Assembly: GCA_963829525.1 (NCBI GenBank) | Contig: CAWHIJ010000003.1 | Coordinates: forward strand, 1,984,001-2,048,000 | Reading direction: 5' to 3' | Origin: an uncultured Actinomycetota bacterium | GTDB taxonomy: Bacteria; Actinomycetota; Actinomycetes; JAHEKZ01 | DNA: 64,000 nt | Part shown: piece after piece, positions 41,494-51,796 of the stretch | Layout: the number at the start of each line of letters is the position of its first letter | How positions within the stretch are numbered: position 1 is the first letter of the stretch | Made by a program: the position numbers and the translations under genes | Notes under the pieces: model-generated | Databases searched by the model: none | What the model was told of the DNA's origin: nothing | What the model saw: the letters and a program-made list of their open reading frames with translations, nothing else

Positions 41494-41513
41494 TTATCTT
41501 GACATCAAGATAA
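41494..41513. promoter_or_regulatory. Palindromic operator upstream of acnA (TamR/UrtR MarR-type site)
   Basis: TTATCTTGA-CA-TCAAGATAA with perfect 9-bp arms, AT-rich, about 95 nt upstream of the acnA start. Confidence 0.65.
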
Positions 41514-42716
41514 CACGAACAGGGCGACCGACTCCACATGGTGGGTCATCGGGAAGAGGTCGAAGGCTCGCAGCGACTGAAGGCGGTAGCCGAACTCGGC
41601 GAGGTAGGCCACATCGCGCCCGAGGGCTGCTGGGTCACACGCCACGTAGACCACAGCGCGCGGACGCCAGGCAGCCACTGGTTGGAGCACTGCGCGCTTG
41701 GCCCCCACACGCGGCGGGTCGAGCACCACGACATCGGGCCGCAGGGCGGCCTGGTCGATCACGAAGCGCTCAACAGCCACCGGGTGGACCTGCGCCAAGG
41801 GAAGATCTGCCAGATTCACCTCGGCATCAGAAGCGGCGGACCGGTGGCCCTCCACGACGTCAACGCGCCCTCCGGTGCGACTGCCCCACACGCCCGCAAA
41901 GAGCCCGACACCTCCGTAGAGGTCGACCAGGTGTTCACCAGGAAGCGGCTGTGCCATGTCCATCACGGCACCGACCAGGGCATCCGCCGCCCCTGGATGA
42001 ACCTGCCAGAAGCCCCCAGACGACACTTGCCACGACCGTCCTGCAGCCTTGCGTTCCAGCGCCTCCCGGCCACGGGCCGGGCCCACCTGGACCGACCGCT
42101 CCTCGGTCTCCGGCGACACCGTCACCGACACTTCCTGAACGCCGGGCCACTGCGTCGTCGTGATCTCCTCGACGTCGACCAGCGGATGAGCAATCACGCA
42201 GTCGTCGATCGGGATGACCTCGTGTGACCGGTGGCGAACCAGACCAGCCCTGCCTGCGGCGTCGACAGCAAACCGGACCCGCGTCCGCCACCTCAGCCCG
42301 GGAAGACCAAGGTCGGTGTCCGGCAGCGCCTCAACCTCCCCTGACCAGTCGATGTCCGGCCAGTTGACCTTGCCCAGCCGCGTGAGCTGCTCGCGGACGA
42401 CCTGTGCCTTCAGTCGACGTTGCTCATCGACCGCAACGTGCTGGAAGTCACAGCCACCACAACTGCCGGCGAACCGGCACGGCGGGTCAACTCGGAACTC
42501 CGACGGCCGGGCGATCTCGATCACCTCGGCGCGAAGGTAGCGCCCCTTGGGACCCTCCTCGGTGACGCGCACCTGTACCCGCTCGTTCGGGAGCACATGT
42601 CGGACGAAGAGCACCCGGCCCTCATGCCGGGCAACACAGTGACCGCCGTGCGCCACCGGACCGACGGTGACCGTGACAACATCACCGACCTGCAGCGTGG
42701 TCGGTTCGTGGGTCAC
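41505..42716 (-). CDS. TRAM-domain RNA (uracil-5) methyltransferase (RlmD/TrmA family)
   Basis: [45 protein letters not shown] and [10 protein letters not shown]. Confidence 0.92.
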   Translation of the reverse strand: MTHEPTTLQVGDVVTVTVGPVAHGGHCVARHEGRVLFVRHVLPNERVQVRVTEEGPKGRYLRAEVIEIARPSEFRVDPPCRFAGSCGGCDFQHVAVDEQRRLKAQVVREQLTRLGKVNWPDIDWSGEVEALPDTDLGLPGLRWRTRVRFAVDAAGRAGLVRHRSHEVIPIDDCVIAHPLVDVEEITTTQWPGVQEVSVTVSPETEERSVQVGPARGREALERKAAGRSWQVSSGGFWQVHPGAADALVGAVMDMAQPLPGEHLVDLYGGVGLFAGVWGSRTGGRVDVVEGHRSAASDAEVNLADLPLAQVHPVAVERFVIDQAALRPDVVVLDPPRVGAKRAVLQPVAAWRPRAVVYVACDPAALGRDVAYLAEFGYRLQSLRAFDLFPMTHHVESVALFVLS

Positions 42717-44731
42717 GGATCCATCTCCTGGGCCACGGTGCGCTCGGCTTCTTCAGCCGACGGCTCGCCTCGTCTGGTCGACCCAGCGCCGAATGTCTCC
42801 GGCCGTTCTGCCGCCAGCTGGGACGAACGAAGCTGGTAAGGCACCGAGACCACGACGACGCCCGGAGTGAACCGGAGCCGGGTCTTCAGACGCAGCGCGC
42901 TCTGGTTGTGCAGCAGCGTCTCCCACCAGCGGCCGACGACGTACTCGGGGATGTAGACATCGACGATGTCGCGCGGGCTGTCCTGTCGCTTGGCCTTGAC
43001 ATAGTCGACGACCGGTCGGGTGATCTCACGGTAGGGAGAGTCGAGCACCCGGAGCGGCACAGGGATGTTTCGCTCATCCCACTCGACGAGCAGCGCCTCC
43101 GACTCGATCGGGTCGACGCCTACGGTGACAGCCTCGAGTGTCGCTGGACGCGAAGCCCTCGCGTACGCCAGTGCGCGCAGCGCCGGCTTGTGGAGCTTCG
43201 AAACCAGGACCACGGCGTGGATGCGGGCCGGAAGCAGTTCCGAGGACGCGTCGGCCTTCAGCTCCTCGGCAACATTCGCGTAGTGCCGCCGGATAGCCTT
43301 CATCAGCACGAAGAGCGCCACCATCGCAATCACCGCGAGGTAAGCGCCGCGGGTGAACTTGGTCAGAAGGACGACGATCAGGACCGACCCGGTCAACACG
43401 ACGCCGATGAAGTTGACCACCCTCGAACGGCGCATCTTCGCGCGAACGACCGGGTCGGGCTCGATCTTCAGGAACCTGGTCCAGTGCTTGACCATTCCGA
43501 TCTGGCTCATGGTGAAGGAAACAAAGACCCCGACGATGTAGAGCTGGATCAGTTTCGAGACGTTGGCGTCGAAGACGATGATGAGGAAGATTGCCATTCC
43601 AGCGAGCGCCAGGATCCCATTGCTGAACGCCAGCCGGTCACCTCGGGTGTGCAGCTGCCGAGGCAGGTAGCCGTCACGGGCAAGGATCGATCCGAGAACA
43701 GGGAAACCGTTGAAGGCGGTGTTCGCGGCCAGCACCAAGATGAGCGCCGTCACCACGGTCACGATCACGGCCAGTGCAGGTGCATTGCTGAAGACGGCGT
43801 TCGCGATCTGGGCGATCACCGTCTGCTGCTGATCGCCCTCGGCAAGTCCGAGCAGGTCTTGGTCGCGCTCGGCGACCTTGACCCCGGTTGCCAGGGCGAG
43901 CCAGGTGATCGAGGCGAACATCGTCATCGAGATGACCCCGAGCAGAAGCAGGGTCGTTGCGGCGTTCTTTGACTTCGGTTTCTGGAATGCCGGGACCCCG
44001 TTGCTGATGGCCTCGACGCCGGTCAGCGCCGTGGTTCCCGAGGTGAAGGAGCGAGCCACGAGGTAGACCAACGCCAGTCCGGTGAAGGTGTTTTCGGCAA
44101 CCAAGGTGTAGTCAGCGCTCTCGGCCCGGATCTCGGTGCCTGAGAGCATGCGCACGATGGCCCATCCGACCATCAAGAAGATCGACGCCATGAAGGCGTA
44201 GGTCGGGATAGCAAAAGCGGTTCCCGACTCGCGCACCCCCCGCAGGTTCAGGAAGGCGATCACAGCGATCAGAACGACCGCGAGCAGGACAGTGTGCCTC
44301 TCCAGCCCGTCAGCAGCCGAGACGATGTTGTCGACCGCCGCAGCGATCGAGACCGCCACCGTCATCACGTAGTCGACGAGGAGCGCGCTCGCGACGACCA
44401 CACCGGAGTTTGGCCCTAGGTTGACGCTGACGTTCTCGTAGTCGCCCCCGCCCGAGGGGTAAGCGTGGACGTTCTGCCGGTAGGACGCGACAACGACGAA
44501 GAAGACGATAACCACGCCGGCAGCTACCCACGGCGCATAGTTGTAGTACGCCAGCCCCCCTAGGGAGAGCACGAGCAGGATCTCCTGGGTCGCGTACGCG
44601 TTGGACGAGAGGGCGTCGCTGGCGAAGACCGGTAGCGCGATCCGCTTCGGGAGCAACGTCTCGCTCAACTTTGCGCTCGACTGCGGACGGCCCACAAGGG
44701 CACGTTTGAAGAGCGAGGTCACGGAGGCCAC
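42713..44731 (-). CDS. APC-family permease (KimA-like putative K+ transporter)
   Basis: FASDALSS.AY, YPSGGG and LTGVEAISNGV; divergent from the trkA pair. Confidence 0.88.
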   Translation of the reverse strand: MASVTSLFKRALVGRPQSSAKLSETLLPKRIALPVFASDALSSNAYATQEILLVLSLGGLAYYNYAPWVAAGVVIVFFVVVASYRQNVHAYPSGGGDYENVSVNLGPNSGVVVASALLVDYVMTVAVSIAAAVDNIVSAADGLERHTVLLAVVLIAVIAFLNLRGVRESGTAFAIPTYAFMASIFLMVGWAIVRMLSGTEIRAESADYTLVAENTFTGLALVYLVARSFTSGTTALTGVEAISNGVPAFQKPKSKNAATTLLLLGVISMTMFASITWLALATGVKVAERDQDLLGLAEGDQQQTVIAQIANAVFSNAPALAVIVTVVTALILVLAANTAFNGFPVLGSILARDGYLPRQLHTRGDRLAFSNGILALAGMAIFLIIVFDANVSKLIQLYIVGVFVSFTMSQIGMVKHWTRFLKIEPDPVVRAKMRRSRVVNFIGVVLTGSVLIVVLLTKFTRGAYLAVIAMVALFVLMKAIRRHYANVAEELKADASSELLPARIHAVVLVSKLHKPALRALAYARASRPATLEAVTVGVDPIESEALLVEWDERNIPVPLRVLDSPYREITRPVVDYVKAKRQDSPRDIVDVYIPEYVVGRWWETLLHNQSALRLKTRLRFTPGVVVVSVPYQLRSSQLAAERPETFGAGSTRRGEPSAEEAERTVAQEMDP

Positions 44732-44787
44732 GGGCGCCGAGCCTACGCCTTGTCGATCCGTCTACAGAGGACCGCTACCGTGAGCAT

Positions 44788-45450
44788 GTGCATGTGGTGA
44801 TCATGGGTTGCGGTCGAGTCGGCTCGATGCTGGCCATCGAGCTGGATGGAACCGGTCACGAAGTCGTCGTCGTGGACCAGGACCCGGACGCCTTCCGGCG
44901 GCTGGGGACCAACTTCGGCGGCTCCACGGTCACAGGAGTCGGATTCGACTGGGACACCCTTCTGGAGGCTGGCGTCGAAAGAACCGACGCCTTCGTGGCG
45001 GTCAGCAGCGGCGACAACTCCAACATCGTGGCCGCGCGTGTCGCCAGGGAGAACTTCGGCGTTGGCAACGTCGTCGCCCGCATCTACGACCCGAGGCGTG
45101 CCGAGATCTACCAGCGGCTCGGTATCCCCACCGTTGCGACGGTGCGGTGGACCGTTGACCGCGTGCTGCGTCGTCTCCTCCCCGGTGGGGTGCATGAGGA
45201 CTACCGCGACCCCAGCGGAGGGGTGAGCATCGCCGAACTGCCCGTCGCGCCAGCCTGGATCGGCCAGACCTATGCCCGGCTCGAGCAGGAGTGCGGAATC
45301 AAGGTCGGCTACATCACCAGGGTGGGTGAGGGCCAGCTGACGACCGCGAGCAGCGTCGTCCAGGAGGGTGACATCGTGCACGCGATGTTGGCCAGCGCTG
45401 ACGCCGACCGGGCGGCAGCTGCCGTCGCCAAGCCGCCGGAAGGACACTGA
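44788..45450 (+). CDS. trkA: TrkA-family potassium uptake protein (CeoB-like)
   Basis: GCGRVG Rossmann motif, GDNSN and ARIYDPRRA. Confidence 0.92.
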   Translation: MHVVIMGCGRVGSMLAIELDGTGHEVVVVDQDPDAFRRLGTNFGGSTVTGVGFDWDTLLEAGVERTDAFVAVSSGDNSNIVAARVARENFGVGNVVARIYDPRRAEIYQRLGIPTVATVRWTVDRVLRRLLPGGVHEDYRDPSGGVSIAELPVAPAWIGQTYARLEQECGIKVGYITRVGEGQLTTASSVVQEGDIVHAMLASADADRAAAAVAKPPEGH

Positions 45451-45454
45451 CCGG

Positions 45455-46120
45455 ATGCGCGTCGCAATCGCTGGAGCCGGCAAGGTCGGACGTTCGATCG
45501 CCGGAGAGCTGCTCGGCCACGGGCACGAGGTGCTTCTGATCGACCCCGAGGTGACGACTTACCGCAGCGACCTCGCGGCTGCCACTTGGCTGCAGGGCGA
45601 CGCCTGTGAGATCTCCTCGCTCGACGAGGCCAACCTGCACACCTGCCAGGTGGCGATCGCGGCCACCGGGGACGACAAGGTGAATCTGGTCATCTCGCTG
45701 CTCGCCAAGACCGAGTATGGCGTCCCCCGCGTCGTGGCTCGCGTCAACCACCCCAAGAACGAATGGCTCTTCAACGAAGGCTGGGGCGTCGACGTCGCAG
45801 TCTCGACCCCTCGGTTGCTCTCGGCCCTGGTCGAGGAGGCCGTCAGCGTCGGCGACGTCGTGCGACTGATGGAGTTCGAACAGGGGGACGCAAACCTCGT
45901 CGAGCTCACCCTTCCGCTGGACTCCCCCGTTGTCGGCTCCCGCGTCGGCGACGTCACGCTGCCTCCCGACACGACGCTGGTCACTATCGTTCGCGACCGC
46001 AAGGTGATCACCCCCAGTCCCGACGACCCGCTTGAGGCCGGTGACGAGCTGCTCTTCGTCACGTCAGCCGAGTCCGAAGACGCTGTCCAGCAGACCTTCA
46101 GTCCGCATCCTCGGCAGTAG
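45455..46120 (+). CDS. trkA: TrkA-family potassium uptake protein (CeoC-like)
   Basis: GAGKVG, TGDDKVN and NEWLF..WGVD; RCK-C domain. Confidence 0.92.
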   Translation: MRVAIAGAGKVGRSIAGELLGHGHEVLLIDPEVTTYRSDLAAATWLQGDACEISSLDEANLHTCQVAIAATGDDKVNLVISLLAKTEYGVPRVVARVNHPKNEWLFNEGWGVDVAVSTPRLLSALVEEAVSVGDVVRLMEFEQGDANLVELTLPLDSPVVGSRVGDVTLPPDTTLVTIVRDRKVITPSPDDPLEAGDELLFVTSAESEDAVQQTFSPHPRQ

Positions 46121-46799
46121 CTTCGTCGGGCACTTGACCGTCACTCTCGACGTCTTCGGCGGCAGATGCTTGCGGCCGCGGTGGGGGCGCCTTCGTGAGG
46201 ATGAGGTAGCTCATCCAGGCCACCAGGGCGAAGATCGGCCAACCCATCGCGAGCTTGACCCAGCCCAGGGCCACCGTCATGCCCAGCAGGTAGAGCGGGA
46301 GCTGTACGGCAAAGCGAAGGGTGAACATGCCGAACCAGAGCCACGACACCTGTGTGTAGGCACGCCGTCGCTCCGGATGGTCGCGCCAGGTGAACCCTTC
46401 GCCAAGCAGCGGCCCAAGCATCACACCGATCAGTGGCCAACCGACGAGGATGGATACCAGGTAGACCACTGCATAGCCGCCCTGCCAAATCAGGCCAGGG
46501 AGATAGAAGTTTGCGGCGTTCCCGGTGCGCGAGGCGATGAAAGCCGAGAGCGCGACCCCGAACATGCCGCCGAGGGCGTACTTCAGTGAGCCACCCCGGA
46601 CGATCCGGACCACCATCATCACAGCAGCCGTGCCCAGTGCTGCCCACAGGGCAGGCTCGAGCACCTGGCCGTTGACTGTGTAGATGACGATGAAGACACC
46701 GCTGGGAAGGCCGCTCTCTGCAACACCTAGTTTGCCGCCGAGGGCGTCCTTGAGATCGACACCGGCAGTGAGCTCTTTCTCACCGTCCCGATCGGTCAC
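46098..46799 (-). CDS. DUF3159 membrane protein
   Basis: GG..GVAESGLP, FYLPG and VQLPLY...LGWVKLAMGWP. Confidence 0.88.
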   Translation of the reverse strand: MTDRDGEKELTAGVDLKDALGGKLGVAESGLPSGVFIVIYTVNGQVLEPALWAALGTAAVMMVVRIVRGGSLKYALGGMFGVALSAFIASRTGNAANFYLPGLIWQGGYAVVYLVSILVGWPLIGVMLGPLLGEGFTWRDHPERRRAYTQVSWLWFGMFTLRFAVQLPLYLLGMTVALGWVKLAMGWPIFALVAWMSYLILTKAPPPRPQASAAEDVESDGQVPDEATAEDAD

Positions 46800-47194
46800 G
46801 CTGCGTCCGGAAGCAGCTCGTACGTCGGGTTGTACATGACCAGTGAAGACCCTCGCCGCGTGACCCGACCCGAGGCGATGAGGCCACGACCTGGGGTGAT
46901 TCCCCGGATGGCACGGCGCCCGAGAAAGACCAACGTCAGGGTGTCGCTGCCGTCGTACAGATCCACCTCCAGGGCGGGGACCTGTGCGCGACACCGAAGC
47001 GTGAGGGAGCGGACGGTTCCACCAACCCGCACCCGAACAGCGATCGGCGCATCGGCGATAGACGTTGTGTGGAGAGAATCGAACTTGCTGCGCAGTTCGT
47101 CGGCCTCCAGGGTGCGGGCGCTGGGGGCCAGTCGCTCCGCAAGCCGCTGCCACCAGTTGGTGCTGGAAGCTGGGGAGGAAGTACCGGTGGCCAC
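46796..47194 (-). CDS. OB-fold nucleic-acid-binding protein
   Basis: LYDGS..L.LVFLGRR.I.GI.PG and MYNPTYEL. Confidence 0.88.
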   Translation of the reverse strand: MATGTSSPASSTNWWQRLAERLAPSARTLEADELRSKFDSLHTTSIADAPIAVRVRVGGTVRSLTLRCRAQVPALEVDLYDGSDTLTLVFLGRRAIRGITPGRGLIASGRVTRRGSSLVMYNPTYELLPDAA

Positions 47195-47230
47195 GACAGG
47201 TAAGGCTACCCGCCAGGCTTCATCACCAGG

Positions 47231-47923
47231 TCATGCCTCTGTGGGGTCGTCGACCCCATCTGCTTCGGAGTCGGACAACTGGTCAGTGGGCAAGGTCAGT
47301 GGCAGGAGGTCACGCGGCGCCGCGGCATGAGCACCTCGCTCGACCTCGACGGCAGCGAATATCTGCTCAACGGCCGCAGCGCTTGCTGAATCTGTCGCCC
47401 CAGGGCCCGTGACGACCCCGCGCAGGAACCACCGCTCACCGTCGATACCGATGAAGCGAACCGGTTGGCGGCTACTCGTGCCTGACTCATCGGTGACCAC
47501 GACCTCAGCGTGCAGCTCACGGCCAAACGTGCCGTCGACCTCGCGCGCCTTCCCTTGTCCACCACGGATGCCTTCGGCGATCTCCTGCCGAACTTCGTCC
47601 CAAAGGTCCTCTGACCTTGGGGCTGCGAAGGCCTGCATCTGCAGCATCGTTTCCTGAAGCACGACGGCAACGCCTACGACCTGCTCCTGGCCATCGAGCT
47701 CTGCACGCACCTGCATACCGTCGACCGCAGGTATCCGTAACGCCCCGAAGTCCAAGACTGGTCCGATGTCGGTCGCGCCCTCGCCGTCGCTCTTGGCCCC
47801 GGCAGTGGCTGCGATTTCTTCATCGTCACCAGGACCGCCGTCGGCGCGGTCAAACTGCTCGCTGATCGCCGCCTGGAACGCCTGCTCCTCCGGTGTTGCC
47901 GACTTCTTACGTAAGAGCGACAT
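47231..47923 (-). CDS. DUF3710 family protein
   Basis: LDFGALRIP, QAFAAPRS..LW and RFIGIDGERWFLR. Confidence 0.88.
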   Translation of the reverse strand: MSLLRKKSATPEEQAFQAAISEQFDRADGGPGDDEEIAATAGAKSDGEGATDIGPVLDFGALRIPAVDGMQVRAELDGQEQVVGVAVVLQETMLQMQAFAAPRSEDLWDEVRQEIAEGIRGGQGKAREVDGTFGRELHAEVVVTDESGTSSRQPVRFIGIDGERWFLRGVVTGPGATDSASAAAVEQIFAAVEVERGAHAAAPRDLLPLTLPTDQLSDSEADGVDDPTEA

Positions 47924-47982
47924 CGAGACTGCCTCCACTCACGGCGCCCGTCACTTCGGCGCCTTTGTTGTCCGTTGGTCGG

Positions 47983-48477
47983 TCATGAGTCGGCCTGATC
48001 TGCGCCGACCTGAGCCGAACGGCCCGTCGATCCGAATCCACCAGCCGCCCGTGCTGACCCTGGCAGGCGCTCCACCTCATGGAACACCACCCGCTCCACA
48101 CGCTGAACGACCAGCTGAGCGATCCGGTCCCCCCGGCGAACGGCAACCGTGCGCTCAGCATCGAGATTGACCAGGGCCACCTTGACCTCACCACGGTAGC
48201 CAGCGTCAACCGTACCTGGCGCATTAGCAACCGTGAGCCCCTCTTTGATCGCCAGACCGCTGCGCGGGTGGATAAAGGCTGCATAGCCATCCGGGAGCGC
48301 AATGGCGAGACCGGTCGGGACCAAGACCCGCTCGGCGGGGGCCACGTCTACGTCGACGGTCGAGAGCAAGTCGAGCCCAGCATCGCCGGGATGCGCATAG
48401 CTCGGAACAGGAAGACCGGCGTCGATCCGAACGACAAGCACATCAACCTCGGCGCGGCGTCCGGGGTGGACGGTCAT
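47983..48477 (-). CDS. dut: dUTP diphosphatase
   Basis: AGLDL, PRSGLA, GTVDAGYRGE, RIAQL and GGFGSTG. Confidence 0.96.
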   Translation of the reverse strand: MTVHPGRRAEVDVLVVRIDAGLPVPSYAHPGDAGLDLLSTVDVDVAPAERVLVPTGLAIALPDGYAAFIHPRSGLAIKEGLTVANAPGTVDAGYRGEVKVALVNLDAERTVAVRRGDRIAQLVVQRVERVVFHEVERLPGSARAAGGFGSTGRSAQVGADQADS

Positions 48478-49076
48478 GGGTTCACCTCGAACGCGTGGAG
48501 GACCTCGGTCTCGTCGTGGCTGGCCACGAAGCTGTCGATGTCGGACGCTCTGCCGTGTTCGCGGAAGTGTTCAAGCGGCACCGAGACGAAGACCGACCGT
48601 GCCTGCACAACCAGAGCCCCCTGGCCCAGATCGGGGCCGGCCAGGTGTCCGACGGCTCGTGAATAGATCTTGCGTCCGGCGACCGCGTAGCACTCGGCGT
48701 CCACCAGGAGAGTCGAGCCGACAGGAACCGGCTGTCGGTAGTCCGTCTCCAGGTGAACCGTGACAACCGGAACCCGGAGCAGCCAGGTGACAGCCCCTAG
48801 GGCCTCGTCGAACGCCGCCGCCAGCAGCCCGCCGTGGGCCAGTCCGGGGGCGCCCTGGTGGTGCTCGGTGACCTGAAGCTCGGCGTGAATGGTGCAGCCT
48901 TCTCCTGCCGTGAGGGTCAGATGCAGGCCAGTCGGATGGTCGGGCCCGCAGCCAAAGCACTGTCGGTAGTGGCTGCCCAGTGATGTGCCGGGGGGCGGGG
49001 CGTCAGCATGGCGCACCGGAGGTACGGCGTGGGCCGGCGGTTCGATCGGACGCCGACGGGCGGGCTGCTCGGTCAC
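48474..49076 (-). CDS. PaaI/hotdog-fold thioesterase
   Basis: CFGCG and HQGAPGLAHGG..AAAFDE. Confidence 0.9.
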   Translation of the reverse strand: MTEQPARRRPIEPPAHAVPPVRHADAPPPGTSLGSHYRQCFGCGPDHPTGLHLTLTAGEGCTIHAELQVTEHHQGAPGLAHGGLLAAAFDEALGAVTWLLRVPVVTVHLETDYRQPVPVGSTLLVDAECYAVAGRKIYSRAVGHLAGPDLGQGALVVQARSVFVSVPLEHFREHGRASDIDSFVASHDETEVLHAFEVNP

Positions 49077-49126
49077 GGTCGGACCCTACCCGCGCATGGA
49101 GGATTCGAGAGTGCCACCCTGGAGTC

Positions 49127-49675
49127 GTGCCAACCCCTGACGCGGTCATCTTCCGCGAGCGGCTCACAGCGCCCTGGTGGTTCTGGGCCGTCATCTGCTT
49201 CTGGGCGATGACTTTGGCGATCGCCTACGGCTCGGCCATTGGGACACCGGTCGGCATCGCGGTTGGGGCCGCTGCGTTCGGCCTCGCGTCGCTCGGTGTG
49301 GCTCGCGTGTCAACCGTGGTGACGGTCTCCGAAGCTGGGCTGCGCGTCGGCGATGCCAGACTGCCGTGGGACGCGATCGGTCCGGTCGAGGTGCTCGACG
49401 CGGGCGCAGCTCGACGCCGCCGAGGTACCGGGGCTGATTCGCGCGCCTTTGTGCTGCTACGCGGCTGGGTGCCGACCGCAGTGGTTGTCGCCGTCGTCGA
49501 CCCGCTGGATCCGACTCCTTACTGGTACGTGTCGAGCCGCTCGCCAGAACGGTTGGCGGCCGCGCTCCAAGACGCAGGGCGCAGTGTTGCAGGTGCCCAT
49601 TCGATCAGCGACATGACAGGATCGACGTCAGCACCATCGGCACCGGCAGCACCGTCGGTCGAGGAAGGAACGTAA
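49127..49675 (+). CDS. DUF3093 family membrane protein
   Basis: FRERL..PWW and DPTPYWYVSSR.P. Confidence 0.88.
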   Translation: MPTPDAVIFRERLTAPWWFWAVICFWAMTLAIAYGSAIGTPVGIAVGAAAFGLASLGVARVSTVVTVSEAGLRVGDARLPWDAIGPVEVLDAGAARRRRGTGADSRAFVLLRGWVPTAVVVAVVDPLDPTPYWYVSSRSPERLAAALQDAGRSVAGAHSISDMTGSTSAPSAPAAPSVEEGT

Positions 49676-49914
49676 TGGGCACGTCTGAGCAGTCAGCTGG
49701 TCCCCCGCAGGTGGTGGTCACGATTGCTGCCCTCGCGGCCGGCCTGGTCGCGCAGAAGCTGGTGAGCGCTGGTTGGCGTTTCATCCGTGGAACCGATCCG
49801 AAAGACGACGACAGCACTCTGCCGGAGATCTTGGTCTTCGCGGCGGTGAGCGCAGCAACAGTGGCCGTGGCCAAGAACTGGGCAGTCCATCGCGCGAGGC
49901 GGCCCCGCACATAG
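49675..49914 (+). CDS. DUF4235 family protein
   Basis: AQKLVSAGWRFIRG.DP and EILVFAAVS. Confidence 0.75.
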   Translation: MGTSEQSAGPPQVVVTIAALAAGLVAQKLVSAGWRFIRGTDPKDDDSTLPEILVFAAVSAATVAVAKNWAVHRARRPRT

Positions 49915-49960
49915 TCCGCGGTGAAACGTCGCGACGCGGTGGCGCCCGCCCGCTACGCCG

Positions 49961-50257
49961 TCAGTTGCAGTCCTTGCAGACCGGCTTTCCGCTGACCTTC
50001 TTAGCCAGCTGGCTGCGGTGGTGAACCAAGAAGCAGCGTGAGCAGGTGAACTCGTCCTCCTGTTTGGGGACGACCCGAACCGTCAGTTCTTCACCTGACA
50101 GGTCCGCACCGGGCAGCTCGTGCGACTCCGCCAGCTCGGTCTCGTCGACGTCGACGGTCGAAGAGGCAAGATCAGCCCGACGAGCCTTCAACTCTTCGAG
50201 ACTGTCCTCGGAGAGCTCGTCGTCTGTCTTGCGGGGGGTGTCGTAGTCGGTTGCCAT
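49961..50257 (-). CDS. DUF4193 family protein
   Basis: MATDYDTPR, LPGADLSGEEL and EFTCSRCFLVHHRSQL..C.DC. Confidence 0.93.
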   Translation of the reverse strand: MATDYDTPRKTDDELSEDSLEELKARRADLASSTVDVDETELAESHELPGADLSGEELTVRVVPKQEDEFTCSRCFLVHHRSQLAKKVSGKPVCKDCN

Positions 50258-50467
50258 GGGTTCAGGACCCCTCCTTCGCGGATCCGCTACCTCTATCGGT
50301 ACTGGTAGCTGCCGGTGTAACACAACGGGCGAGAGATTTCTGCCCGTTTGACGCACATCGGCAAGGCTCGGGGGCAGATTGTGCCCTAGCCTGCCACTGC
50401 GCGTCGCGTCGGCAGGGACGTCGGCGCGTCGCACAGTGAACTTTCTGTCGACCTGAGGGGAAGAATC

Positions 50468-50986
50468 ATGGCCGTGTACGCCCTGGGCGAACGGATGCCG
50501 ATCATCCACCCGGACGCCTTCGTCCACCCCGATGCCGTGGTCATCGGGGCTGTTGACCTGGGATCGGAAGCCTCCGTCTGGCCCGGTGCAGTCCTACGGG
50601 GCGACTACGGAAGCATCACGGTAGGCGCCAGGACCTCCATCCAGGACGGCGCTGTGATTCATGCCACATCTGATTTCGCCACGGTCATCGGGGCTGGGTG
50701 CGTGATCGGGCACCTGGCCCATTTGGAGGGCTGCATCGTCGAGGACGGCTGCCTGGTGGGATCCGGATCGATCGTGTTGCATCGGGCTACCGTCCGTAGC
50801 GGAGCCCTTGTCGGGGCCGGTGCCGTCGTGTCAGGGGGCACCGAGGTTCCGTCACACGCGATGGCTCTCGGTGTGCCGGCGAAGGTCCGTGAAGATGCTG
50901 TCCACCCGGACGCCTTCGCCGACTCCGTCGCCCTCTACGTCGCCAATGGGCACCGCTACCGCGCCGAGCTGCGTCGCCTCGACTGA
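50468..50986 (+). CDS. Gamma carbonic anhydrase family (hexapeptide repeat) protein
   Basis: VLRGD, IQDGAVIH and GHLAHLEGC. Confidence 0.9.
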   Translation: MAVYALGERMPIIHPDAFVHPDAVVIGAVDLGSEASVWPGAVLRGDYGSITVGARTSIQDGAVIHATSDFATVIGAGCVIGHLAHLEGCIVEDGCLVGSGSIVLHRATVRSGALVGAGAVVSGGTEVPSHAMALGVPAKVREDAVHPDAFADSVALYVANGHRYRAELRRLD

Positions 50987-50995
50987 CCCGACCTG

Positions 50996-51796
50996 CTAGT
51001 CCCAGGCCCCAACCTCGCCGAGCAACCCGTGCAGGGAAGCGGCTAACTTCGGTCCCGCCGCCACTACCGAGCCGTCGTCGCGCTCTGTCACCACGGCGCC
51101 AGCCTCCCGAGCGATCAGCCCGCCTGCAGCTAAGTCCCACGGCTGCAGTCCGTTCTCGAAATAGCCGTCGACTCGACCCGACGCGACCGAGCACAGGTCG
51201 ACCGAAGCAGCACCAGCGCGTCGAATGTCCCGCACCTGACCGAGCAGAAGGCCAACAACGACCCCTTGCCGGACGCGGGTCGCGGCGTCGTAGGCAAAGC
51301 CGGTCGCGATCAGCGCGTGGGGAAGATCAGCGCAATCACTTACAGCGAGTCGGCTGCGGTGACCGTCCTCGTCAGCCCAGGCACCCATTCCCTTGCTGGC
51401 CGAGAAGAGTGTGGCAGTCGTTGGCACCATCACCGCTGCACTCACCACGTCACCGCGCCAGACCGCGGCAATGCTGAGCGCCCACCCCGGAAGGCCGTAA
51501 AGGAAGTTCACCGATCCGTCGATCGGGTCCACCACCCACTCCAGGTCAGCCCCTAAGCCGCCGCTCCTGCCACTCTCCTCTCCCCACCAGGCGGCATCGG
51601 GGTAAGCAGCCAGCAGTCGCTCACGGATCATTTCCTCGGCCTCGTGATCGGCTGCCGTGACGACATCGGTTGGCCCGGACTTGGTATCGGACGCGACCGA
51701 TCGTCGCTCCCGACGCCACTGCAGCAGGTGACTTCCAACCTCACGTGCGGTCGCCGAAGCGAGCGCGGTGAGGGCTTGGGCGTCCGGCTCGGTCAC
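50996..51796 (-). CDS. suhB: Inositol monophosphatase family protein
   Basis: DVVTAAD, GEE, WVVDPIDGSVNF and WDLAAG. Confidence 0.9.
   Translation of the reverse strand: MTEPDAQALTALASATAREVGSHLLQWRRERRSVASDTKSGPTDVVTAADHEAEEMIRERLLAAYPDAAWWGEESGRSGGLGADLEWVVDPIDGSVNFLYGLPGWALSIAAVWRGDVVSAAVMVPTTATLFSASKGMGAWADEDGHRSRLAVSDCADLPHALIATGFAYDAATRVRQGVVVGLLLGQVRDIRRAGAASVDLCSVASGRVDGYFENGLQPWDLAAGGLIAREAGAVVTERDDGSVVAAGPKLAASLHGLLGEVGAWD

Noticed and set aside
50324-50348. Hairpin AACGGGC-N11-GCCCGTT upstream of DUF4193
   Set aside because: A single 7-bp stem with no match to an RNA family I recognise.
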